Of a stretch of 33,916 nucleotides of DNA, positions 22,463 through 33,535 are shown in pieces. Both the position numbers and the translations under genes were made by a program. Positions within the stretch are counted from its first letter, which is position 1. Each line of letters opens with the position of its first letter. Source of the stretch: Octopus bimaculoides (Eukaryota). The DNA is taken from contig NC_068981.1 in the NCBI RefSeq assembly GCF_001194135.2, positions 36,130,570-36,164,485 of the forward strand, given 5' to 3'. Under the pieces are notes generated by a model. It saw only the letters and a program-made list of their open reading frames with translations, searched no databases and was not told where the DNA came from.

Positions 22463-22592
22463 TTTTAACAAACCCAGAAGTATGAAAGGCAAATAACTTT
22501 GAAATAACTTGAACTTAGAATGTAAAAGTATGTAACTAAAAGAACATAAGGCATTTTGTCCAGTACTCTAACAATTCTGCTATCTACTGCTC
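22463..22592 (-). mobile_element. SINE family A 5' half
   Basis: Reverse complement tagcagaattgttagagtactggacaaaatgc...cattctaagttcaag...tttgcctttcatac. Confidence 0.65.
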
Positions 22593-22848
22593 TTTCTTTT
22601 GTGTAATAATAATAACATTTTGATTGAGAATATTTATTAAATATATATACTTTCAAATCTCCTGGTTTAATATTGAAAAGTTTAAAAGCTGATAATTTAC
22701 TGTTTCAGTTATATGGGCAGATGCTCTAACACCATAATTATTATCACCACTGTTACTATACTTGCTTTCATCACCAGTATCCCCATATTGTCCAATGGTT
22801 TGAGATATAACAATATATAACATTTCATCTGAATCTGGTAATAGTTAC

Positions 22849-22949
22849 CACTTGTTTCTTCTAACCTTTAAACAGTTCTTTTCAATACAAATCAACCCAT
22901 TTGCAATTTCTCCTTTCATATAATAAATTTTTATTGATTCAAATAAAAG
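22849..22949 (-). CDS. Internal coding exon (LLFESIKIYYMKGEIANGLICIEKNCLKVRRNK-x), phase 0-2
   Basis: Acceptor ttttttttttgtcttttgtggcAG, only one open frame, donor GTG|GTAACT gives TG+T=Cys joined to 21944. An alternative internal donor AAG|GTTAGA exists. Confidence 0.6.
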
Positions 22950-23092
22950 CTGCCACAAAAGACAAAAAAAAAAAAAAGAACTCGTTTTCTTCTTCCTCTT
23001 TATTGCAAAATCTGAAGTACCTCATTGATTTCTTTTTTAAATTTTGTCTATTCTGAGGTCTGAAATTTAATTATCAAACACAAACACACTAA

Positions 23093-23132
<40 letters not shown>

Positions 23133-23299
23133 TGCATGAATGTAAGTTCTTTTCTATTTTTAATTATTTGAATTCTTTCTGTTGGAAACGAACTGGTTTC
23201 TAACAAAGATTCAAAGTTCCAACAGTTGAGTGTGGATAACAATGTCACTTGTTAAACTTCTGTTTAAAGATGGTTTTGCTGGTGGATTTCTTTTTATGC

Positions 23300-24130
23300 A
23301 AACCCTAGTTCTTCCAGATTATCACTTTGGATTTTACTAACAAAACCTTGAGTACAAACTATTTTGGTATAAATGTGAATTTATACCAAATGATGTTCAA
23401 GAAAAATGTAACATAATTGACATTTTCACTTGTATCTTGGCACTCCAAGTGTTTCACTATCTACTTAGGTATTTTATAGCAATCTCCTGCTCTTGACTGA
23501 AAATGCATAGCCTTCAAAGTGTGATGTAGTGGTCATGAGACCAAAAAAGGCTGCACTTGATGCTGTTATTGGTGATATCAAGTCTTGGGAAATATACTCA
23601 TGAATATACTTTTTTTCTTTATATGCTGATCATTTCACATCCAGGACTTCTTTAAGGTCCTGCATCCAGCTGAGTTGTGTGAGAGGTCATAAAGAGGAGA
23701 GTACTTTCTGAGGAATACACTACCAACTTGTAGGATGTTGTTTTCTTCATTTTTCAACATTAAGTTTATGTATTTATTTTTGCTGCTGTTGTTTAACAAG
23801 TGCTGTTTGAGAGATACTATGCAACATTTGAAGGCTGCCTGCACTGATCTCTACTGCCTTCATCTCTTCTCAAATGGAGCCTGTCAATATTGCTATTTCT
23901 GTGAAAGTTTCCAGTTGATGTCAGGGTCTTATGAGTTCCAATATCTATGCAGTGGATTTCCTCTTCAGACCAATCAAGTATTTCAAATGTTGGCATTAAC
24001 ACTGGTATTGAAAATGCAATTTGGGATGTGTGTGTGTGTGTGTGTATGTGTGTGCGTGTGTGGTTCTCCAACATTTGAGGATGAGGATTCATTTGTTTTA
24101 CCTGCTCCTGACTAAGCATTCCACAAATAC
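23300..24130 (-). mobile_element. Old R4/Dong-clade remnant C (RT C-terminus to CCHC knuckle), interrupted by (CA)n at 24027-24060
   Basis: FSIPVLMPTFEILDWSEEEIHCIDIGTHKTLTSTGNFHRNSNIDRLHLRRDEG matches the R4/Dong post-RT motif P(V/I)L...GILDW...E...D..TRK.LT..G.FH..SD.DRLY..R..GGRGL; then VSLKQHLL, TSHFEGYAF (23527-23501) and KCQLC (23425-23411) in shifted frames. Confidence 0.75.
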
Positions 24131-25084
24131 ATGTAACTTTCACATAATTCTGACAAGGTTCTATCTTTTGAATTGGGCTTCTATACAGTTTCTGTCCACC
24201 GAATTTTACTAACAAATTATACATCAATATAAGGCTATAGAAAAATGACATTTGCTCAAGATGCCATCCAGTGGGATTGTACCAAAGAACTTGCAGTTGC
24301 AAAACAAACTTCCTAACCATTCAGCAACTGAACGTTCCTGTCCCCGTCTTTCTAGCTAGCTGTGTGTGTGTGTGCGTGTGTGTGTGTGTGCGTGTGTGTG
24401 TGTCTATATATATATATAATATATTAATTTACTGTTTTAATGAGCAAATGTTTTCCTGAGAAATAATTGTTAGACATTTCAAATAGAAAGTTACTTTGCA
24501 GGAATAATTCTGTCAATTGCATGGAAAAGAAAACACAACAGCCTTTTAGAGCATTTACTCCATACCAAAATTATTAAGGCTTTCAGTTGAAATGAAGGGA
24601 CAAATTTTTATGATACACATATTTCCTACCTATACTCCTCCTCCTGTTTCTCATCAGTTGATGAAAAACTTTTTTCCTTTCTTTTTTCAGTGACATATTT
24701 AATATATAATATTCATTTTTAAGTTACACATTTGCACTTGCTTCAGATAAGGGCTAATATTTTATCATACTTGAAATTTTGAATTTCTTTTTGTATGGTT
24801 CAAATGCAAGCACATCCTATCCTAACAACCAGTGCTAAAGGAAAAACAAAGAGAAAGTGAAACAAACAATAAAAAAAAGAAAAAAGAATGAGATTTAAAA
24901 ATGTATATTAGATAATAGTTCGTGAATAGCCTTGGGTGGTTAGACAGAAGAGTTGAAGCTTATAAAAGTTGTAGCTTTAGCAGCATGCATGAAGCTATAG
25001 AACTGTATATAGAGGAGTTATTTTGAAGTAATAGCTAAGTACTTGTAAGGGTTTAGAAAAATGGCTTCAAAGCTGATTTGTTAC

Positions 25085-25132
25085 CCTAAGGCAGTCCACA
25101 GAATGCTGATAACAGCTTTTGGCAACTCTCAG
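25085..25132 (-). CDS. Candidate exon (LRVAKSCYQHSVDCLR), phase 0-0
   Basis: 48 nt, donor AGG|GTAACA, in phase with 22949; the acceptor (aaaaaaccAG) is weak and next to an N gap. Confidence 0.3.
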
Positions 25133-25206
25133 CTGGTTTTTTAATATNNNNNNNNNNNNNNNNNNNNNNNNNNNNNNNNNNNNNNNNNNNNNNNNNNNNN
25201 NNNNNN

Positions 25207-25249
<43 letters not shown>

Positions 25250-25697
25250 TTTATATATAAATATATATATATACATACACACACATATATATTTATACAT
25301 ACATACACGTTTTACCTTTTTAATTTCTAAATTTAAATATATGCAAACTATTTCCTCTATAAAAATGTTTAATTCTCTGCCACCACCAGCTTCCTTTTTT
25401 TCTTATTCCTTCTCCTTCTCCTTCTTTATCCTATTCCTTCTCATTTTCTTTTTCTTCCCTCACCATTACCATTGCCATCACTACCACAGAAGTGGCAAGA
25501 GAAGAATATTTTTAACAAATCAAACCTCTAAAGAGAGTTCTTTTCATTAAGATACACCTGACTGGGGTGCAAAAGTATTATTTCTGGAATTTTCCATGAT
25601 GTAATCGCACCAAATATTCATCCCCTGTTTTACTACTCATTTCAAATATAGGAAAAGAGACACTTGTCAAAGATCTGTAGATCCTCAAAAAGAGTAA

Positions 25698-26230
25698 ATG
25701 AACACTTCAGTTGTGTCTATGACAGTTGCATGTATACCTTCTGCAACAAAAGACTTTATTGTTGACTTAGTCATTCATGACAGTTCCCTAAAATCTGAAA
25801 ATTTCATCTCTGAATCAGTTATGTGTAACCTTAGGTTGCTGATTAATGACTTCAAGGATATGATATTGCGGGTATCAGTTAAATTGTTAATTAAATTCAC
25901 TTTTCAAGAAATACTGTGAATTAGAAATGAAAGATAAAAGTCAGCCCATGTGGTCAAAAGATACTTCCTTGAACTAGCTGACTGCTGCAAAACCATTATT
26001 CTTGGCCGTTCTTTCCTAAACAAACATTCAACTGTTACAATAAAGTTCATTGCCCCTTCCACCAACTAAATTTAGATGTTTGCTTTCTAGCTTCACTAAA
26101 AGTCAATCTGTCACAAGTCTTCTAATCTGTCACCAAATTTTAAACCTGTAAATATGAAACCTCCTAAATTTAGAATATCTCATTTTGAGTTCATTCATTT
26201 GAAATTGAATACAATGGTCAAAGATGTTAG
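25698..26230 (+). mobile_element. Decayed Gypsy-type LTR retrotransposon pol relic (aspartic protease region to start of RT)
   Basis: IHDSSLKSENFISESV (degenerate D-S-G..ENFIS protease motif), ELADCCKTIILGRSFLNKHSTVTIKF (the ILG..FL flap), NLSPNFKPVNMKPPKF...FIHLKLNTMVKD (pre-RT linker); several stops and frameshifts; no LTR seen. Confidence 0.5.
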
Positions 26231-26356
26231 CACACCAAGTGATGCACTGTAGCAAGCACAAGTACATGTCATTAATGGTAACAGTTAAAGGATCTCAATA
26301 GCTTACTATTCAGAAACTTAATAAATTCATCTGCTTAGATGTTTAACATATGTAGG

Positions 26357-26460
26357 CATTGTTATGTGGTTTCAGGTTCAGTCTCACTGTGTGGCACCTT
26401 GGGTTGGTATCTTCCAAAGCCTTGTGAGTGGATTTGTTAGACAGAACTGAAAGAAGATGT
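26357..26460 (+). mobile_element. SINE family B with internal deletion
   Basis: ggttcagtctcactgtgtggcaccttggg...aaagccttgtgagtggatttgttagacagaactgaaagaag. Confidence 0.7.
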
Positions 26461-26483
26461 ATATCATCATCACTACCACCACC

Positions 26484-26578
26484 GCCAGTTATGTGACACT
26501 GGCACTGGCGACAGTTGCAATCTCACTTGGCTTGCTTGGTCTTCTCAAGCACAGTACATCTCCAAAAGTCTCGATCGT
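26484..26578 (-). mobile_element. RTE ORF2-end / first-hairpin fragment
   Basis: Reverse complement cttgagaagaccaagcaagccaagtgagat...gccagtgtcacataactggc matches 2151-2216. Confidence 0.85.
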
Positions 26579-26599
26579 TTGAAGGTCTTAGTTTTATTT

Positions 26600-26912
26600 C
26601 TAGATTTCTTGTCAAGGAAGAAAGAGCTGGTTTCTAACCTTGATCCAAGACTCCTTAATTGGAATGTCAACATTAACACATTAGTTGTGCATATATGTGT
26701 GTATGTGCAAGTATTTGGAGCCTGTGCATGATCTGTATGTTTTTAATCTTTTGTAAATACATGTCTGGCTATTGGGAAATATTACTTTGTCTGGAAATGA
26801 GTGAGAGTTGGTGACAGGATAGTCATCTAGTTGTAGAAAATCTTCCTCAGTGAATTACATCTGGCTTATGCAAGCATGAAAAAGTTGTTGTTAAGACAAT
26901 GACGATGATGGT
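26600..26912 (+). mobile_element. 3' end of another RTE-tailed element
   Basis: Ends gacaggatagtcatctagttgtagaaaatc...cttatgcaagcatgaaaaag..gttaagacaatgacgatgatg, a variant of the RTE terminus; the 5' boundary is approximate. Confidence 0.55.
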
Positions 26913-27039
26913 AACTTATGCAGAATGTACAAATGTACTGCGTTGCATTTTGGTGATAAAATATTTAGCTCATTTTACTTGGTTCTTGGTTCTGTAAAGT
27001 TAACTGTTTTGCAAATATTTGGGCTGGTTCTCTGGTTTA

Positions 27040-27200
27040 GGGATAATTTTCTTCCTTGTGGGTTACCACTGGCTGGATTTTGTATCCAACCAAGAATTAT
27101 ACTCAGAAACTGGGATGCATCCTACTACTTGTATTATTTGGAAGCTCAAACTGTTTGGTCATGTTACTCAATTTTCCAAGTTAGATTCTATGTACCAAGA
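27040..27200 (+). mobile_element. Old LINE ORF2 C-terminal relic (RTE-like)
   Basis: LVGYHWLDFVSNQELYSETGMHPTTCIIWKLKLFGHVTQF resembles GY.W.D.VSN..L..ET.......R.L.LFGHV.R; followed by (ATT)n. Confidence 0.55.
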
Positions 27201-29390
27201 TATTATTATCATTATTATTATCATTATTAAAATTTGCTTTTACTGCTTCTGTTGTACAAAAACCAATTACACCTCTAAAACATTAACCAATAATATTAGA
27301 TGGTTACAATGTTACCATGATTACATTTTTTTAATTTTCAGTTTAATATTTAACTGGCAAATCTCTTTCAAACCAAATAAAAAAGTATTGGCTTCCCCAC
27401 CTCTTAAAATTTTCTCATTGGATAAATCAAATACTCTAACATTTTGTATCTCACTTTCTTTCTCATTGTTTACTTCTCTCACATGTCCTATCTTTTAAAT
27501 CTCCATCCTCTCAATTTAAACCTACTACCAACTAATTACATTTTTATTCTCCTTTTCCTTTCATTTTCATTGACCCATTCTGATTTCTTTCTTTCTCTTT
27601 CCCTATCTCTCTCTCTCTCACACACACATATATGGTGTGTGTGTGTGTGTGTGTGTGTGTACACAAACACACACACACACATGCACATATATCATATGCT
27701 ATATACTAATGTATAACATGTAAAATTTACATATTATATGTTATTAAATAAAACAGAATAATATAAAATGGCATAACACATACATATATATGTGTGTGTG
27801 TGTGCATATGTATGTATATATATGTAAATATACATAGTAAGTTTATGGTTAGGCATATACATATACACAGTCTTTTATCATTCTTCTTTCTCTCTTTTTC
27901 CATTCTCACAAACATTTTCCACTTTACCTGTTTTTTTTATATATTACTCTCTCTCATTAAATTCTTGTTTTCACTCACTCTTCTCTTTCTAATACCTTTC
28001 ATTTCAACCTTCCTCTTCAAACATCTTTCCATATATTTATTTCCATAATTTCAATATCTTCACTTACTTTTTTTTCCTTCAGCTCTTTGTCTCCCTATCT
28101 CTCACTCCCTCCTTTTCTCTGCCTTTCACTCTCTCTCTCTCTCTCACTCCCTTATACACATTAGGGTTTCTTTTCTACCTCTCAGTCTCATATGCTTTCA
28201 TATTTCCTTCAATTTACATTTTTTGCTATATTAATGTTAATATTGACTTAACAGTTTTAAAATTTTATTTAGATTAAAAAATAAAATTGCTTTGTTCTTT
28301 TGTTTTAGTCTCAGAAACCAATACTTCTACTTCAGAATACCTCCACCAACCTTTGTCTTTATATATACACATTACTCATACATACATACATACATACATA
28401 CATGTGTATATATGTATATGTGTATATATGTATTTGCACATGCACACACACACGCACACATGTATGTATTTATGCATGCATGTATACATATACATATTTA
28501 CACATACATATATACAAATACATGTGTATATTTATATATAAATATATACATACATATACATATATATACATACATGCATGCATACATACATACATACACA
28601 TGTATACCTAATTACAGACATATGTATATACACACACATACATGTAGGTAATATATGTGTATCTTTATGAAAACATTTATCTCTGAAATTCCTCTCCCTC
28701 CCACTGACCTACCAACTCTAATTTCTTCATCTATGAAATGTTACCCACCTCACTGGCTGAGGATTAATCAGGAACAGTAAACAGAACAGAAATAGGCAGA
28801 GTTTTGTGCGTGACTGCATATATTGTATGTACATTTATCTGCCTGTATATGTATGAATGAACACATACATGCACACCATTCACACACCCACACACACGCT
28901 TGAACACACACACACATACACACATGCATATATACATAGACACATTTTACTCTCTTAACATTATCTCTCTTTCTATTTATTCTTCAAATTTTACACTTTC
29001 TAATCACCACAACCACCACCACATCGCTCTCTCTAACTCACTGTCTCTTACTTTTCTCTTGTTCTCCTTACCGTCCTCTCTTCCATCTATTCTACTTCTT
29101 TTCTACATTCATTTCTTTTGTCTTTATACATACATACACTCAAGCACACATAGATACATACATACATATCTTACTCCAACTTTGTTTCTACCTCTGTGCA
29201 CTCCCCATCACTTTCTAACTTTCCATTTTCTGGTTAACAGCTTCAACCTCTTTTCCCACACGTCTTCTTTTTTCTCTAATTTTCTCATCCTCTCTCTATC
29301 TCTTTTGCTCTGCCACTATTTCATTCATTCAGATGTTTACTGACTTCCCCTTCGGGAGAGTAAATCACTTAATGCATTAAGCAATGTTAC

Positions 29391-29436
29391 TCGCATTCTG
29401 GTCCCAATATTTTCAATTCACTCTTGGTCATATTAG
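29391..29436 (-). CDS. Candidate exon (x-NMTKSELKILGPEC-x), phase 1-2
   Basis: gttgtcttatatAG acceptor, CGA|GTAACA donor, single open frame, in phase with 29667-29709. Confidence 0.35.
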
Positions 29437-29666
29437 CTATATAAGACAACATAATTGTTCCTTGTTTTGAATCAGTCAATACAACTAACACTGTACGTGA
29501 ATGCATATGTGCATTTGTGTGTATCAAGTATGCATGAATGTATGTTTGTATGTACGCACACATGCAAGAAACAAAACTTCAAAGAAGCAAAAAAACAAAA
29601 CAAAAAAAAAATGTTCATGTGGAACTAATAATAATAATAATATGGACAACAATAAATATTCCTTAC

Positions 29667-29709
29667 CCCTAAGGCTTGGTTGGTTATTTTTGCAGAAAAT
29701 AAACAAAAC
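29667..29709 (-). CDS. Candidate exon (VLFIFCKNNQPSLR-x, or x-FCLFSAKITNQALG)
   Basis: Strong acceptor ttttttctttccttaacaacctAG and donor GGG|GTAAGG; 43 nt; two frames open. Confidence 0.4.
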
Positions 29710-30199
29710 CTAGGTTGTTAAGGAAAGAAAAAAAGCTATACTATATATTTATATGAAGTTTACTTTTACAATTGAGTTTGCATTAATTGTGATAGGATAG
29801 CATGATAAAGATAACATGACCTATATGCTTGCACAAGTGCTGCCATCTGTGTCTAAAATGTATACATTAAATAGTTGATTGCCTAGCATTTGTTAACTGT
29901 GGTGCACTGCTATGCAAAGATAGCAGGCTATTACTTTATGTGAAACCTAACATGAGCTAATCAATCATATGTAAGATATATATATATTTCACAGTGATTT
30001 GCTGATATCTGAAGCATAAATAACATTTTAGAACTCAAATGCTTTCCTATTGTATTTTCGTTTTTAATAAGGTGGCCGTGTTTTTATACAATTCAAGTAA
30101 AATCATGTGAGTTAAAATGGTTTGAACTCATCAATGTATTGAAATAATACAAACAAAAAAACCAAAAACGGATATGTATATATCTATATATTTCTATTT

Positions 30200-30455
30200 C
30201 ACTGCAGTTAAATATGTGTGTGTGTGTGTGTGCAAAGAAACAGAAGCACAAACATACATGCATACATAAGGATAAATATGTACATGCATACATACATACA
30301 TACATACATACTTACGTACATACATACGTACATATGTACATACAAACGTACATACATACATACGTACATACATACATACATACATATATATATATATATA
30401 TTCATACATATACATATATTTACATACACACGCAAGCACACACACACACACACAT
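30200..30455. repeat. Compound GT / CATA / TA / CA microsatellite field
   Basis: Direct reading. Confidence 0.9.
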
Positions 30456-31233
30456 AAACTTAGAATTTATGGAGGATCAAAGTTGGAAACAAAAACAGGA
30501 CAGTGGAGACATACAAGGGAACCAAATTAAAACAAACATAGAGGGTTGTTAGACCAGAATGAGAGGAAAATAGTGAATGCTAGGAGAAATATTTTCTTTG
30601 AAAAGAGAAAACATAGAAGAGACAGAAATGAAAGTCAAGTCTTTTGAACGTCTGTGCAGGAAAAGAAAGATGGTCATGTAAGGAAAAGAAAGATANNNNN
30701 NNNNNNNNNNNNNNNNNNNNNNNNNNNNNNNNNNNNNNNNNNNNNNNNNNNNNNNNNNNNNNNNNNNNNNNNNNNNNNNNNNNNNNNNNNNNNNNNNNNN
30801 NNNNNNNNNNNNNNNNNNNNNNATATATATCAACTTTAAATAGAGCTCAAAATTGATCCATTGAAAATACTTTATTGCAACAACAATAACAATAATAATA
30901 ACAAATAAATAGACCTATGTACATTTCGATACAACATCCAGAATGATTAATACATATCATAAAATATTATAAAATATTATAAAATATAGGATACTCCATC
31001 TCCTCAGGGTCCCATTATTATTGCTATCATCACCATCATTATTATTAGCAATACACATCCCAAAAAAACAGAAACCATTCAAATCTAATTTTCATAGTTG
31101 ACCCATGAAAATATACAAAACAGGATGAAAAAGTAATAGATGGCACACAACTTTCCATCCCATATATATATGTATATATATGGATGCATATACATATATA
31201 TTTTATATATACATCCATACATGTATATACATT

Positions 31234-31265
<32 letters not shown>

Positions 31266-31320
31266 GGTAACATTCTGGCCACTTGATAAAATCATTAAAG
31301 TGGTTTTATACTTAATTTTG

Positions 31321-31367
<47 letters not shown>

Positions 31368-31795
31368 CATACATGCATACACACTCACACACTCTAGACA
31401 TACATTCATGTAGGACTGCACCATGTATTGTGATCAATACAAAACCATGTAGAGACTTCTAATCTTAACAAATATGAAATAAATATTTAAAATCTATACC
31501 AAATGCGAAATGTATGTTGGTAATGATGAAGATTAGTGAATAAAGCTGAACAAAGCATTTGATTATGGACATCAACAACATCAGAATGGATTGTTATTTA
31601 ATTTCTGAATAATAAATAGAATAAATACAATTAAAAACAACCACCAAGGAAGTGACATTTCATTGAATGTGAATACTTAGTTCTAGTTAATGTTAAGCAA
31701 ATTTGAATCACCAAAGAATATTCAGTCTGAACATATATCCTCTAGTCTTTAGATATGTGTATACATATTTCCCATACATCTGTGTGTATTATGTA

Positions 31796-31849
<54 letters not shown>

Positions 31850-32994
31850 CATACAGGAAATAGGCATGTGGACATATATATTCCACAAGAAGGTTATTCT
31901 ATCACACTATCCTACTCTGATTGCATCAAATTTTGACATATGTTGTTGTTTAACCCCTAGTAAGTCTTGATCAAGATTATCTATGACCAAAGGTGCTTCA
32001 GCCAGAGCTTTCATATCAAGAACCTGCCTAATGCATCTTTCACATTCTTAACAGTAATGTTAATAAATGAAATTTTGCAGCACTTTCTAGCAAGTTAGGT
32101 GGCTATATAGATCTCTTGAAGGAATGGTAAATCTACTAAGTGAGAATTAAGTTTAAACTATAAATATTTAAGTTCAGAATTTATATAATGTTACTCCTGT
32201 TCTGCATATAACAATTGTATTTTATTATTATTATTTGTTTTTTGTTACAATCAGACTTTTTTGTGTATTTATAGAGCAAGTAGTTTTACAGATGAGTACA
32301 CCTCTTTGGAATCATCCAGCCTATTGAAAAATTAACTCATGTCTCTAATTTTCCAGTTAGAAGGCAATTTAAATAAAATGGACAGTATAGAATGATTCTA
32401 TTTGAACCCATGACCTCTTAATCAACTAACCATTTCAATTCTATGTCACTGTACAATACACAAGGCAAAGTGATAGTATCCGCGTGAAAGTTCTGTGATA
32501 ATAGAATCACATACATTAGTAGTAAAACAAAATAGCTATATCATGGGTCATTGTAAATGGATTATACATTCCTCCATAGCAAATTCGTCTTCCAAAGAGA
32601 GTGCTGGCTGGGAGTGCAGGCTGAATGCCAATTCACATATCAACATTCTTTTCAGTTTATGCTAGGATGAATCTGTCAAAATAATTCTAGACCAAGAGGA
32701 CAGGTATCTTTGTCTGCAGACGAAAATGGATTAGGTCTTAGACATTGGGAGTATTAGCTGAAAGATGGGTTCACAGACATCTGAATATTATGTGAATGAA
32801 AGAAAGACTTGATTTAAGGCTCATATATGAAAACAAATAAAAGGTGATGTATAAAATTCAGTGTTGCAGAAAGGAACTCTTTAGAATTTATAATAACAAT
32901 TATTTCGTAGATAGCATATAAAGAATGTATAAGAATTGTCGAATGTTTCACTTAATACATGAGAAATATGAAGATGCAGAGGGTACAGACATGG

Positions 32995-33085
32995 GTTTGT
33001 GTTTACGATGTCTACTTCACATTTATATGATTCTGGGTTCAATCCTACTGCATGGGTTGGCATTTTGGGTAAGTAAGCCGGCCTT
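32995..33085 (+). mobile_element. Degenerate SINE family B head
   Basis: acagacatggg...gggttcaatcctactgcatgg...ttgggtaagt. Confidence 0.4.
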
Positions 33086-33296
33086 GCCACATGTATTCAC
33101 AGCAAGAAACTATTAGTAGCTCTTATCTTTATACTAAATGAGTTAACCCTTTTGATACCAAACTGCCATTTTTCAATTCAGGATGGTGGATTGGTGGAAA
33201 TGGGAGAGAGTTGGATGAGATGTCTAACAGTATTATATGTGACTCTTTGAGTTTTGACTGCAATGCCTAAGAAGACAATTATTCCAAGCTGCATCA

Positions 33297-33516
33297 ACTT
33301 TGCCTGACTGGCTCCTGTGCCTGTGGCACATGAAAAGCACCCACTACACTCTCAGAGTGGCTGGCATTAGGAAGGGCATCCAGCCGTAGAAACTTTGTCA
33401 GATCAGATTGGAGCCTGGTGCAGCTACTGGCTCTCCAGACCTCAGTCAAACTGTCCAACCCATGCCATCATGGAAAACGTACGTTAATCGATGATGATGA
33501 TGATGATGATGATGAT
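33297..33516 (+). mobile_element. RTE LINE extreme 3' end with (GAT)n tail
   Basis: tgcctgactggctcctgtgcctgtggcacatgaaaagcacccactacact...aggaagggcatccagccgtagaaa...ccaacccatgccatcatggaaaacgtacgttaatcg(atg)n; colinear with 2430-2678. Confidence 0.9.
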
Positions 33517-33535
33517 ATATATATATATATAGATA

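Noticed and set aside
23817-24320. 167-aa minus-strand ORF as a host gene
   Set aside because: Its C-terminal half is R4/Dong RT sequence, and it reads through a (CA)n repeat.
29330-29360. Plus-strand 27-nt exon MFTDFPFGR
   Set aside because: The pyrimidine tract is part of general CT-rich low complexity; no partner exons.
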